From IMG/VR virus record IMGVR_UViG_3300042356_001602: a DNA stretch of 64,000 nucleotides; one strand, 5' to 3'. The notes below the pieces were generated by a model. It was not told where the DNA came from. It was given only the letters and a program-made list of their open reading frames with translations, and ran no database searches. Each line of letters starts with the position of its first letter. Position 1 is the stretch's first letter. The translations under genes were made by a program, and so were the position numbers. The DNA comes from a virus (Duplodnaviria; Caudoviricetes). This document shows positions 51,177-62,700 of this stretch, piece after piece.

Positions 51177-51541
51177 TGGCAATTAATTATCCTAAATTTG
51201 ATCAAAAAATAAATGATCAAGTATCTTTAAATAAATTTCAAGATTCAAAAGCTAGACCTGGTACAATTATGGGTTATGACAGAACAAACAATACAGCAGT
51301 AGTTATGTTGGACGAAAAGTATTCAAACACTGTAGGTACCATGTTTTCAAAAGTCCCGTGCCCGTTCAGTTATGGCATACAAACTGTTGCCCCAACCCCA
51401 GGCACAAGGTGCTATGTGGCCTTTAGGGATGTCTCTGAGAAACAGCCTTATATAATGAATTATTTTATAGATGAAAATTCTATTTATAAGAACACTGTTA
51501 ACAATGTTGTTGACACCGGAATACCAAAGTTTATGGCTTAA
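51176..51541 (+). CDS. Putative baseplate spike / gpV-like OB-fold protein
   Basis: Start is ATG51176 (TAATG overlap), not 51116; RPGTIMGYD...A.V...VPCP...G+....P..GT.C.V.F. Confidence 0.6.
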   Translation: MAINYPKFDQKINDQVSLNKFQDSKARPGTIMGYDRTNNTAVVMLDEKYSNTVGTMFSKVPCPFSYGIQTVAPTPGTRCYVAFRDVSEKQPYIMNYFIDENSIYKNTVNNVVDTGIPKFMA

Positions 51542-51543
51542 AT

Positions 51544-52230
51544 ATGATTAATGATTACGATCCAGAATTTACTTCAAATGATTTATTTGATGAAAGCTAT
51601 GAAATTAAAAGAAGAAAAGAATTTTCAAATAGAGAAGTTGGAATAAACCATCCAGACAACAACTCTTTCTTAAGGGTAACAGACGCAGGTGAGATAGAGA
51701 TATTTGCTTGTCCCGGCGTGGGAATAGTTATAAACTCTAACACTAGAAGTGTTTCTATATTTGCTGACAATATCAAGTTCTATTCCAGGGACGATGATGG
51801 CCTAAGGTGGAACGGAATGTCCTTCAACCCAGCTTCAGACATGTACAATGAACCTGCTCTAATTAAAACAAATTCATTCTCAAACAATCCAGCCTATCAC
51901 AACGCTACTCATTTTCTAGATAATTTAGAGAATTTAGAGGATCCTGGTTTGAATATTCCCACTACTATAGATGGTAAGTATGGCTTTTCAGCTCCTAAAA
52001 ACCCAGTTGAAGACAATGGTTCAAGCGCTGGAGAAATAATTATACCCAAAAATACACAGGATTTAATAGATTCCTATGCTAAAACAAATTCTGATAGCAA
52101 AGTTCAGTCTTTAATAATGTATATTAAAGGCGGATATTCTTTCAGTGAGGCTAAAAGTAAGATTGATTCAGAAGATGGATCTATCAGCGATAACCTAGAA
52201 AACTTCCCCTGGATAAGAAACGATACATAA
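51544..52230 (+). CDS. Putative baseplate spike-associated protein
   Basis: Short beta-repeat segment (VGINHP...FLRVTDAGEIEIFA..GVGIVIN...+SIFAD); position in the baseplate module. Confidence 0.45.
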   Translation: MINDYDPEFTSNDLFDESYEIKRRKEFSNREVGINHPDNNSFLRVTDAGEIEIFACPGVGIVINSNTRSVSIFADNIKFYSRDDDGLRWNGMSFNPASDMYNEPALIKTNSFSNNPAYHNATHFLDNLENLEDPGLNIPTTIDGKYGFSAPKNPVEDNGSSAGEIIIPKNTQDLIDSYAKTNSDSKVQSLIMYIKGGYSFSEAKSKIDSEDGSISDNLENFPWIRNDT

Positions 52231-52231
52231 A

Positions 52232-52615
52232 ATGCCGGACCTATACTTTGATCTATCTGGAGATATAAAACTAACTGGAAACAATGATTTAGCAGTAGTT
52301 GCAGACTCCGGACAGAAGAATGTTCAACAAATATATATAAGACTAATGACAGAAACGGGAGATTTTGCTTCCTATCCCGAACTTGGTTGCGATCTCCCTG
52401 TACTATACGGAATGCCTCAGACTATGGTTACTGGAGAAATTGGCAAAAGAATGATTAGATCTGCCCTGGAAGACCCAAGTAAGGGTGGAATTTTTAGGGG
52501 TGCGAACATAACAATTGAAGCAGTTCCAACATCTGCTAATTCAATTAGGTTCGATGTACACATATTAGACAACGCTAATCAACCAGTAACGCTATCCGTT
52601 ACGCAAGATCTATAA
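52232..52615 (+). CDS. Baseplate wedge gp25/gpW-like protein
   Basis: DL.+...GD+.L..N.DL.VV...Q.I.IRL.TE.G....YP.LG.DL..L.G; 127 aa directly before baseplate J. Confidence 0.75.
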   Translation: MPDLYFDLSGDIKLTGNNDLAVVADSGQKNVQQIYIRLMTETGDFASYPELGCDLPVLYGMPQTMVTGEIGKRMIRSALEDPSKGGIFRGANITIEAVPTSANSIRFDVHILDNANQPVTLSVTQDL

Positions 52616-52627
52616 TAAGGAGATAAG

Positions 52628-53785
52628 ATGCCCCTGGTATACAGTAAAAGTAAAGATCAAATCTTAACACAGATCATACAGTCTCTGCAGAAGAATGCGG
52701 GGATTACCGCTACGCACCCTGGTGCCATAGCCAGAGCCTTTGCAGAGGCCTTAGCAGTCGAAATAGGGGACTTATACGAGGCCCTAAGGTTTGCCATAGA
52801 CCAAGCCAGTTTGTCAACAGCAAAGGGAAGGGCTCTTGATTTAATTGGCGAACTGTATTCAGTCAGAAGAAGAACAATAGCATCCGAAGCAGAGCAGGAT
52901 AGAGCTAGCTACAATATTCAGTTTTATATATCTTCACCCCAAGCGTCTGATATTTTAATACCAAAAAATACATTAATTTATAATGACGTAACATCCTTTT
53001 CCACTAAACAATATCAATATAAGCTTGTAGACGACGTCATAATATTAGCAGGAACCACCAGAGTATTTGGTAGGTTGATGGCCAATTTTGAGGGAAATGA
53101 TTTTACAGCCTCTATAGGAACTTTGACCAAGCATAACTTTAACTCATCAGATGGAACATTAGTGTTTTGTTCAAACCCCAAAGAGGTTTACTCCATGATG
53201 AACATGGAATCAGATGATCTTTATAGGCTCAGAATTAGTAGATCAATAAAAGAATCATCTTATGGAACCAATGAATCAATGAGATTAAATGCCCTTGGAG
53301 TATCTGGAGTAAGAGATGTGAGAGTAAGAGAGTCTTCATACGGACTTGGTTCCTGTGATATTATAGTTGTTCCAGAAGCTCAAAGAATAGACGCAAGACT
53401 GGCTGATAACATTTTGGCTGCGTTGTCTTCAAAAAAGCCAGTAGGAATAAAATTAAATATAAGAATAGCAGATAGAGTTCCAGTTAACGTTGCAGTAAAT
53501 GTAGTGCTGCCTTCGGGCTTAAGTCAGTCTGTTAGAACTTCTGTAGAAAATCAAGCTTCTTTGTTTGTCAAAAGATATTTAAATTCCATGACCATAGGAA
53601 GTAGTTTATCTTTTGGTGATATAGAATCCCAGATAAGGACATCTTCAGATCTCATTAAGTCAGTTAACGTTCTTAGCGTAAGTGTCAATGGTCAAGAAAT
53701 TCCAAAAGGGATATATAGAATAAATTCTGAAAGAGAGTACATGATTGCAGGGTCTGTATCGATATTTTCTGTTATAATATCTTGA
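52628..53785 (+). CDS. Baseplate J-like wedge protein
   Basis: G.IARA..EA+A.E...LY...A.G..LD.IG....V.R; ESDD.YRLRI; G+.GV.DV.V...G.G.+DI++VP. Confidence 0.88.
   Translation: MPLVYSKSKDQILTQIIQSLQKNAGITATHPGAIARAFAEALAVEIGDLYEALRFAIDQASLSTAKGRALDLIGELYSVRRRTIASEAEQDRASYNIQFYISSPQASDILIPKNTLIYNDVTSFSTKQYQYKLVDDVIILAGTTRVFGRLMANFEGNDFTASIGTLTKHNFNSSDGTLVFCSNPKEVYSMMNMESDDLYRLRISRSIKESSYGTNESMRLNALGVSGVRDVRVRESSYGLGSCDIIVVPEAQRIDARLADNILAALSSKKPVGIKLNIRIADRVPVNVAVNVVLPSGLSQSVRTSVENQASLFVKRYLNSMTIGSSLSFGDIESQIRTSSDLIKSVNVLSVSVNGQEIPKGIYRINSEREYMIAGSVSIFSVIIS
53770..53778 (+). promoter_or_regulatory. Extended -10 promoter for the metallophosphoesterase gene
   Basis: TG-T-TATAAT at the end of baseplate J; AAAGGA RBS before ATG53811. 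Confidence 0.5.
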
Positions 53786-53810
53786 TTAACTTTTATCAAA
53801 AGGAATTTTT

Positions 53811-55085
53811 ATGCCAGAAACAACCTATCTAGTAACACAGACTCAGATAGTCAAAGCCAAGAATAAAGGCAATGCAGAAGCTCTTGTAGGTGGGGATGAT
53901 GATATTCCTGGTGCAGTTTTAGGAGAAAAAGTAGACTCTAGACAAATTGAAGAAAAAGAAGCAGCTCGCTACTTTACCGTTGTCAATACTCAACAGTTTG
54001 TTCCCGATTATGATCTGATGGAAGATGATGAGGATGAGCAGTCAATATTTTTGGAACTAGCGGTTCAACCATCAGTTAGCGTGCAGGCTAGCACTGTTGA
54101 TTTCTTAAGATCAGAAAATAGAAGACTAGCAAGACTAATCGACAAATATAAGAATGTAAGAGATGAAGCATCTCATGTGGTTTATCAAGCAGCTTTTGAT
54201 GCATTTAACGAATTTGAACTGCCAAAGATACCAAAGCCGTCATTTCCAAAGTCTTTGTCAACATCAGAAACTGCAGTAGCCGTACTAGCAGACTGGCAGA
54301 TGGGTAAAGTTACTCCAGATTATAATACAGAGGTCCTAGATAAAAGAATGGACCTCTACATGGATAAGCTGATTGAGATTACAAACATACAAAGAACTCA
54401 CCATCCAGTTAAGAACCTTCACGTTTGGATACTGGGAGACATAGTAGAGGGTGAGGAAATCTTCCCAGGACAAAGCCACCTTATTGACTCTGGTATATAT
54501 CGACAGGTTGGGGTTAATGGCCCAAAGATCCTGGGGAATTTCCTTAAAACTGCCCTTGAGCACTTCGAACACGTACACGTTACTGCCGTAATAGGTAATC
54601 ATGGTGCCGTAGGTGGACGCATGAGAAAGCAGCACGACCCAGAAACGAACATGGACAGACTGCTATATAAGATCTGTGAAATGATTTTTGAGTCTGAAGG
54701 AAGAATATCTTTCAATATTCCAGATGGAAAAGGCGAAAGAAACTGGTATGCAGTTGATTACATTGGCTCTTATGGAACATTATTAATTCATGGTGACCAA
54801 ATGCCGTCACCAAGCGCCACTCACGGTTACTATAAGAAGGTAATGGGATGGAAAGACGGTGCTATTCCTGAACGTTTTGACGATGTATTTATGGGACATT
54901 ACCATCAACAGGCTAAAATGACCCTTGGAAGTACTATATTAAGAGTCTCTGGTTCTCCAGAAAGCTATAATACATATGCACAAGAATACTTCCATTCGAT
55001 GAGTAGACCATGTCAACATTTAATGTTTGTCCATCCAGAAAATGGTGTTACTTCAGAATATTCAATTTGGTTAGACGAAGTCTAG
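53811..55085 (+). CDS. Calcineurin-like metallophosphoesterase with N-terminal coiled coil
   Basis: All five motifs present: LADWQMG, LGDIVEG, IGNHG, LIHGD, MGHYHQ. Confidence 0.88.
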   Translation: MPETTYLVTQTQIVKAKNKGNAEALVGGDDDIPGAVLGEKVDSRQIEEKEAARYFTVVNTQQFVPDYDLMEDDEDEQSIFLELAVQPSVSVQASTVDFLRSENRRLARLIDKYKNVRDEASHVVYQAAFDAFNEFELPKIPKPSFPKSLSTSETAVAVLADWQMGKVTPDYNTEVLDKRMDLYMDKLIEITNIQRTHHPVKNLHVWILGDIVEGEEIFPGQSHLIDSGIYRQVGVNGPKILGNFLKTALEHFEHVHVTAVIGNHGAVGGRMRKQHDPETNMDRLLYKICEMIFESEGRISFNIPDGKGERNWYAVDYIGSYGTLLIHGDQMPSPSATHGYYKKVMGWKDGAIPERFDDVFMGHYHQQAKMTLGSTILRVSGSPESYNTYAQEYFHSMSRPCQHLMFVHPENGVTSEYSIWLDEV

Positions 55086-55100
55086 GAGAAATTTTATTAA

Positions 55101-58100
55101 ATGAAAACTTATTTTTTAGCTCTTAGGAATGAAGATTTCAACGTTAGTTCTAACGTATGGACTACTGACTCTATAGACCTATATGCAAATAAGTTTTATA
55201 CCAATTACTCAACGTATAGATCCCCTTATGGGCAGAATCTATTAGGGGACTATACATTTACTGGGACTGAAACTTTACCCAATGCAACTCCGTCCTTGCC
55301 TAATGCCACCGTTGTTACAAACTATGGAGAAATAGTTACTGACCAAGATGTTGGAGAGTATTACATATATAATTCCAGCGAAGAAGATGACGAATTCTCT
55401 TATTATGACCTAGTAAATGGAGCAACTCCATACAGGTTATTGACGCCAAGCTCACGTGTGATCTTTCAACGTTTTGTTGATATGTCTAGCCAAATAGATA
55501 TAGTTGGTTTTAAGCATGCTTTTTCAAACCTTAAAGGAAATGAAAATCCAACCTTCTCGTTAAAGATAAAAACAAGCGCAGAACAAAGCGATAATGATTC
55601 CGACTGGAGACAGATATCAAATTCAAATGAAAATGTAACTGTTTTATTTTTACGAAATGTAAATAGATATAACAAATTTGAGATAACGTTTGACTCAGAA
55701 ACAGATTTATCTGATTCAAATTTTTTGCTATTGGTTCAAATTAATATAGCAGAGACTGTAAGTCCGGTAATAACTGATCATACTAGGAGTATGCTATCAA
55801 GGTTCCCTGGATGGACTAAAATATATCAAGATTCTTTAGAAAAATCTACTCCATTATTAGCCCTCCCAGAAACAAATGCTGGAAAGTTTTTGAATGCTGC
55901 ATCAGGTGAATTTTTAGATCGAATTGATGGATTAATAACAAGGGTTGAGCTTGATTCTTTTATTGCTTCAGTTGATCTAGAACAGGTTGATTGGCTCTAT
56001 GTTAGTCAGCCAATTGAACCTGGATTTATTATGGTTAGAGGAGATAACATAGAACTAAGCAGACTATCTAGTTTTGATGAATTAGTTACATCTAAATTAG
56101 TTGACAATGTTTTCTTTTATAACTTTCTTACATTCCAATTATATACTTTAAAAAATTATACGACACTCTATACTGACAACACGTTAATAGGGCAGATACC
56201 TATTCAAAATTTTAATACTTTTGATGAATTTGGATTAAGAGTTGGGCTTCAAAGGTTATATCTTGAGTCAAATGAAAACTTTAAAAATAGAATATTAGAT
56301 GTATACATTAATCCTCCTGATATATCTGCAAATGGACTCAAGAGAACACTTAGAAGAGAGCTAGATATTTGGAGAGCTTATGGAGCAACTCCTAACTCTC
56401 AATATCAGGGAGCTACTCCAGAGATTCTAGAGATTACTGACATACTAAATAGCTTGGTGTATTTTAATGAAGAGGGAAATCCAAAACAAGAGTTTTTTGA
56501 TCTTGTAGAAGATTTGAATAAAAGGTTTCCTTCAAACTACGGTTACATCAAATGGGGAGAGGCATACTGGGATTACGCCGGTGTACTTTCAGAGGGCGTA
56601 TCTAGAATCCCTCAATATACTGACGCTACCCCAATGGCTACTCAAAACTATCAACCAGGAATTGGAGACTTTGAGGACGCAAGACTTGTTTTAGAAAAGC
56701 TTGATAAAAAAACAAAAGAATATTCATTTAGTCTAAGAGCTTATGGATATAAATATGATACTGTAACGACAGATAACTACGAGCCAATTAAAGTTGCATA
56801 CGACACATACCTGTCTTATAGTGAACCATACTACGATCACGACACTGCTACCATCAACTATGAGATTTATCTAAAATTAAATCAACATGGTTACATAGGC
56901 GCAGATAGAACTTTTAAGGCTAATTTAACAGACTATGTCAAAAATGCCTATGCTCCTGATTCATCATCTTCTCCGGAATATATAACAAAAGATATATTCG
57001 GCCCATCTGGGTTAACATCAAATCAAATTATTTTTTATTCTGTAGACACCGCAGCCACACCATATTTAAATACTATAAGTCCTTCCGCTACTGAATCATA
57101 CACTATAACTCAAATACCACTATATGCAGTTCAGCAGGCAACCATTAACTATATATCATCAAAGAACCCAAGTGGAGCAACTGGAGATTATGTCTGGGCA
57201 TCTTTTTCATCTGGATCTATGGCAAACAATTCCTCTAAGGTTGTTGTAAAAAATTTTAGCAACCAAACTTATAGTGATGGTCAAATTAAGATAAATTCAA
57301 ATATATACAGCGCTGCAAAAAATAGAATAGTACAAACTCAGAAGGTAAGATATTATGGGGATTACACCATAATCAACTACCCTTCTGTTGGGTCCAGCAA
57401 GAGTAACATAACAATGTCTATTACAGACGTCCTGAAGCACTTCAGTATGCCGACTAATGCAACTCCATTATATATACATGTAGACAACGTCTTGGTAGGC
57501 TCTTATGAAAAAGCTCCAATATATGATTCTGCAAAGATATACGGTGGAATTTCTGTCAATAGAGATGAAAATGAACCATACTACATACCTTCATCCCCAA
57601 ACATAAACATATCTTTAATTGGAGCAACCATAGCTTCTCCATCTAGTCATGGAGATTACGATAACACTTCTGGTTCAACGGTCAATTATTTCTTTACGCA
57701 AACGAAAATACCATTTGCATCTACACCAAGTTCAATTGTAATTAGATCAAAAGACGGCGCAGTGTACCCGTTTGAATATCCTGTATGGGAAGAATTTAAT
57801 GCGAATTCAATAGATCAATACAATTTTTTTATGTCTGAAAATGGAGTCGTTCACGCATCCCCTAATGTAAATCAAGACTTACTTGAGACTAAAAATTCAA
57901 ATGTAATAGATTATTACACCATTCAAAGATCAGACTTTGGCTTAGGAGATTACGCCTCATCTCCAAATCTTTACTTTACTTCTGTAGAAGCTATAAACGA
58001 GAATGATGACGTAACAATATGGACTGATTATAACTTTATAGAAAATGAAAAGACTGTCTATACAGATGATCTTGAGAAAAATGTTTCTTTAAACTATTAC

Positions 58101-59762
58101 GATTCTGCTTCAGGCATATATAAGATATCAAGCTTGCCAGTAAAGGCTATTCTTAACTATGAAGCTACAAAGTATATATCTCCTTCGATTAGAAGTGGTT
58201 GGTATTTCCAAGATGGCGAAAGATTCATCTATGCAGATCCAAAAGTTGACGCAAGCCTTAATCAACCAGAGGTGGTTCTAGAACAGCTTGCTAGAAAGGG
58301 TTCTCCAATAATCGTTTCAACGGTAGATTCTAGTGGATCTACCGTCAATTATAATCAAGTTTCATTCTTCGATGAAGCTACACCCAGCTTGTATTCTCAT
58401 TATAATTACGAATACATAACAGCTAAAAACACAAACAGTATGTATTTAGCATATTCAAACGTATTTGACGTAACAATAGTCGATACATATACAGGAGAAA
58501 CTGTTTGCTCTGGTGTTTCTTCGGAAGACAATTATATAAACATTATATCTTTCCCAGAAAATCAACCATTTAAAATTGGAAGATCTTACAGAGCATCGTA
58601 TAGAGTGGTAGACGTTTTTAATATAGACAATCAATATTTCAATACTGTCGACAATGATTATAGGACAAAGGTTTCATTACTCAGTACTCCAAATGCAAGC
58701 TATCGCACTTACATAACGTATGAGTCAGCACTTCAAGATGATGATTACGAATTGCCAGAATTAAAACTTAATCCATTATACTCGGCATTAGATTCTGGGT
58801 ACATTTATCTTTCTCATGAAGAATATGATTATGATACTTTTGATTACATTCTTTCTCCTAAACAAGTACTTGCTGATGGAAAAGATTCTATGATTTTAAA
58901 TGTTTTTTCTAAAGACATAAACGGAAATCCAAAACCATATAAAGATTTCATCATATCTGGTTCTAACATATCATCGACTCCTTCCACTATTACTTCTAAT
59001 GTAGACGGCTATGCTAGATCTCAGATCAAGTACACTGGAGCAAATGTTCCATATCAAAGTTCTTCATACTTGTACATAAAAGATCAGGACAATTATAGCG
59101 CTACAGTTAATTATTACGTAAAGCCAAACCCAAGCTCAATTGATAGATTGACAGCAGAAGTGGATGCAAAAATTATTACAGCAGATGGTGTTCAAACTGT
59201 AAGAATAAATGGAAAAACAAATCCAAATGTTTTTGTTTATTGGAGAAAATCTAGAAATTTAAAAGACCTATTTGATACAGCCTATAGCACTACAGACGTA
59301 GTTCCAGGTAAGACTTATAACTCCGGCAGAGTACTCTCTGACTCCCAGGGCTATTTTAATATTGGCAATTTTATAGCCCAAGATGATGCTATTCCTGGAT
59401 ATTGGTTTGTCTCAGTTGAAACTAATCTAAACACAGATGCTGGAATACCAACTTCTATTTTGAGCGGAGATATTGTCTGCTGGTATGAAAAGTATGACTC
59501 TACACAATCAACCCTAGATGAGCCTGTTCTTAGCCCTGGTTTTAATGTAAATCCTAACTATAAACATTACGCTTCAAACGTAGCATTTAAAGTAAACACT
59601 TTAACAGAACAGGTTTACTATAACAGCAGTGCAACACCAACCTGGAATCTGCCCGATTGGTACCCAATTTCTAGATATACCCAATATGAAATGGGTTTAT
59701 TAGGCGCTACACCCTATGTTGTTGAGTACTCTGATCTACATCCAGATTATGAAGAGGAATAG
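55101..59762 (+). CDS. Large baseplate wedge / tail protein, 1553 aa
   Basis: FDEFGLRVGLQRLYLESNENFKNRILDV...GLKRTL motif typical of wedge (gpI/gp6-like) proteins; C-terminal Ig-like repeats. Confidence 0.6.
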   Translation: MKTYFLALRNEDFNVSSNVWTTDSIDLYANKFYTNYSTYRSPYGQNLLGDYTFTGTETLPNATPSLPNATVVTNYGEIVTDQDVGEYYIYNSSEEDDEFSYYDLVNGATPYRLLTPSSRVIFQRFVDMSSQIDIVGFKHAFSNLKGNENPTFSLKIKTSAEQSDNDSDWRQISNSNENVTVLFLRNVNRYNKFEITFDSETDLSDSNFLLLVQINIAETVSPVITDHTRSMLSRFPGWTKIYQDSLEKSTPLLALPETNAGKFLNAASGEFLDRIDGLITRVELDSFIASVDLEQVDWLYVSQPIEPGFIMVRGDNIELSRLSSFDELVTSKLVDNVFFYNFLTFQLYTLKNYTTLYTDNTLIGQIPIQNFNTFDEFGLRVGLQRLYLESNENFKNRILDVYINPPDISANGLKRTLRRELDIWRAYGATPNSQYQGATPEILEITDILNSLVYFNEEGNPKQEFFDLVEDLNKRFPSNYGYIKWGEAYWDYAGVLSEGVSRIPQYTDATPMATQNYQPGIGDFEDARLVLEKLDKKTKEYSFSLRAYGYKYDTVTTDNYEPIKVAYDTYLSYSEPYYDHDTATINYEIYLKLNQHGYIGADRTFKANLTDYVKNAYAPDSSSSPEYITKDIFGPSGLTSNQIIFYSVDTAATPYLNTISPSATESYTITQIPLYAVQQATINYISSKNPSGATGDYVWASFSSGSMANNSSKVVVKNFSNQTYSDGQIKINSNIYSAAKNRIVQTQKVRYYGDYTIINYPSVGSSKSNITMSITDVLKHFSMPTNATPLYIHVDNVLVGSYEKAPIYDSAKIYGGISVNRDENEPYYIPSSPNINISLIGATIASPSSHGDYDNTSGSTVNYFFTQTKIPFASTPSSIVIRSKDGAVYPFEYPVWEEFNANSIDQYNFFMSENGVVHASPNVNQDLLETKNSNVIDYYTIQRSDFGLGDYASSPNLYFTSVEAINENDDVTIWTDYNFIENEKTVYTDDLEKNVSLNYYDSASGIYKISSLPVKAILNYEATKYISPSIRSGWYFQDGERFIYADPKVDASLNQPEVVLEQLARKGSPIIVSTVDSSGSTVNYNQVSFFDEATPSLYSHYNYEYITAKNTNSMYLAYSNVFDVTIVDTYTGETVCSGVSSEDNYINIISFPENQPFKIGRSYRASYRVVDVFNIDNQYFNTVDNDYRTKVSLLSTPNASYRTYITYESALQDDDYELPELKLNPLYSALDSGYIYLSHEEYDYDTFDYILSPKQVLADGKDSMILNVFSKDINGNPKPYKDFIISGSNISSTPSTITSNVDGYARSQIKYTGANVPYQSSSYLYIKDQDNYSATVNYYVKPNPSSIDRLTAEVDAKIITADGVQTVRINGKTNPNVFVYWRKSRNLKDLFDTAYSTTDVVPGKTYNSGRVLSDSQGYFNIGNFIAQDDAIPGYWFVSVETNLNTDAGIPTSILSGDIVCWYEKYDSTQSTLDEPVLSPGFNVNPNYKHYASNVAFKVNTLTEQVYYNSSATPTWNLPDWYPISRYTQYEMGLLGATPYVVEYSDLHPDYEEE

Positions 59763-59765
59763 TTT

Positions 59766-62700
59766 GTGAAAGCTTTTAAAAATGTTACGAACCAAGGCAA
59801 TGAGCCTGCTGTAAAAAAGGCTGTACATCTTCCAGAAGATTCAATTAATTTAGGTTGGTTTAATTCAACAGAGATTACTCCAGAAATGCACCTATCTGTT
59901 TCTGACCTTTCTGGATTGATACCAGAAAATGTTGTTCCAGTAAGCACGTCGGAAATAGATACAGCAATGTATGCTGATGAATTTGGTGTTTTAAGATACT
60001 TAAAAACTAATCAAGAAATGAATCAAGGATTTGGTTCTCCTATAGTAGCTAATTCTGAAGTTTCTATAAGTAACTACATTGCAAGTGAAGAACAAGCAGA
60101 CATAAACTTTAATTACACTGGTAGAGAAGTAGCTTTTGAGTCTGAAATGTTTATACATAGTTATTATGTAAGCAATTTTTTTACATTGTTGGACTCAACC
60201 GTATCAAATTATAATGGAATAGAAAAATCTGCTGAACTTAGAGAGCCATCTAAGTCTGGAATACAAGTAGTAGATGGTTCCGGAAATAACTTTTTAGATT
60301 CTAATGGAAAAAATAAATATAAAATTATATTAGAAAAATATACAAACAATAGATCAGTCGTAGAGTTGTCTGGTACAAGATATCAAGGCCTTGATTTGTA
60401 TAGAATAATAGTTTTATTAGAAGAAGTTAATCCAAAAGATCTTTATCTTATTTATAATAAATATGAAAAGAATGAAGATAACATTCCTTATAATCCATTT
60501 TTTGCCTATAAAGAAAAAGTAAATACAATACCATACTATAAGTATGTTATAGAAGAATCTGAAGTAATAGATCCAAGCTCTTCTGAAAGAAAAGTGTATT
60601 CAACACAATTATTTTCTTATAAAGAAAATGAATTATTAAAAACAAGAATATCCAATGATGGCTGGAAAATTTATGCTCCTAGAAAAGCCATACAAGATCC
60701 AAGAACTTTTCAATCATTTAACTGGAGACTATTAGCAAAGATTACTTACAATTATTCTAACGTAAGAAACGTTTATGCAGACTCCGAAAGGGCAACATTA
60801 AATGTCGGAGTGCTTTATTCTGGTCAAGCTTCTGACGCAAAGAATGCTTACGTATTTGCAAACATGGAGGAGTCAGTATTTAATCTTCAGAATTATCTTT
60901 TTCAAAATCCTATTGCAGCAAGTACTAACAATAAATCTCAAAGAAGCTATTGGCTAGTAAACATAGACGATAATACAATTGATTATAGTAGGTTTGATAT
61001 TTTGGTGTGGACACCAACACAAGCTATTACTGAGCTTCAAGGCAATGCGGTCAATAGAGCTTTAATTTCTAATGCTTCAGTTTTTATAGACGCTTCACTG
61101 ATATCTTCTAATCTTTCTTATTTAGGTATAGATTTGTCTATAACCAATACTTCAACTGGATTCCTGACCGTACAAGATACATATAAGACTGGCCACACGA
61201 CCATGAATGCTTGGGATCTTTCTGAATATAATGAGTCTTCAACTAGCCCTAGGTACAGCATATTTGGAAAAAGAACTGAAGTTTTGAATAGTGATTCAGT
61301 TGTTCCACTAAGAACTTTTAATGCTAGTCCCTCAACACAATCTTCTTCAGTTGCCTTAGTATCTGTTGGATCAAATGCCGTTATAGTTAAAAGATCAACA
61401 AATACGCAAAACATACTGCCTTCGTCTTTAGTTATAAGCGCTAACCCTTTTCTCTATTTAATAAATGATATCGTTAGAGCAGGTATCTCAGATGTCTCTA
61501 ACAATGGCGACACTAATGCTTTTCCCGTTGGAACAGTTGGCAGTCAAAGCACTGCAGTCAGTACTGCTATAATTGGACCAAATAAATTCTTTTATAATTA
61601 TCTTTCTGATGTTAACAAAAATAAAGTAAATAACTTTGCAACAAACAATACTACTAATCAGTCTACGGTTTTATGGAATGTTTCACCATGGAGAAATTTA
61701 TGGACGATTAATGGTGCAGTAAATAATGGAAAGATAACTGTTCTTTCTGATCTTGAAAAACAACAATATTCTTTTTCATTAAAGGCTGCAATAGGAAGCA
61801 CGGATCAATTTTTCTGCAGAGAGATAGCACCCTCTTTGCCTGGAGTCCTAATAGCAGATTTTGATGGCACACTAAATGGCGGTGATGCTGAAAGCATAAT
61901 AAACGCTGACTTTAGTAATGTAGAATTTTATTTAGAATGCACTAATCCAAACATAAAATTTTTAAATTTTACTGATTACAATTCTACGCTATCAGCAGGC
62001 GGAGATACGTTGTTGGGTCAAGCAAATTCTAGCTATAAAATTTTTAAACTTAATACTCAAGCCCTTAATCAAATCATATCAGCTCCATCTTCTGGCATAT
62101 CACTCGATGCATACAGTACAATAAATTCTAGTGAGATTGATTTTTCTAGTATAACTTATCCCTATGTTGCATTGGGCTCATCTGAGTACAATAATAAAAC
62201 TAACTCTGCCATTAGGACTCCAACTGACTTTTTACCTGGAAGTCAAGACGTTAAAGATTATAATTTTGGTTTTAAAACAAGTATCTCAATTAACGAAATA
62301 ACAAAGACTGTTAATACATACATAATAAATTGGTCTACAAACTTTTCTTCTGCTATAGGTGGAAAAGCTGATTTTAAAAATGTTGTATTTAAATCAGCAA
62401 GAAACACCGGTGGAATAACTAGGTCTAATTTTTCTATCTCAGAAGTAGAAGAAAATAAAATACAAATTAAACAAAAGTTTTCTCCATTTAATAAATATCG
62501 TTATCCAGGAAAAGTTTTTTCTAAAACAGATATAGTTTCTGCCGATCAAGAAACAACAGCATCTTCGTTTAATAATTTTCATTACACTGGAGACATAGAT
62601 GCTGGGAATAGATGGGATGAATACTTTGTAGGAAAAGATTCATTTGGGGTCACCACTACTACCACCACTGGAGCAGCTACTGCTACCGCTACTACTACTG

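Noticed and set aside
59760-59768. In-frame TAG TTT GTG junction suggesting amber readthrough or genetic code 15
   Set aside because: GTG59766 has its own GAGGA RBS, and TAG ends other genes at natural domain ends (5759, 55085). Stop-codon reassignment is not supported.
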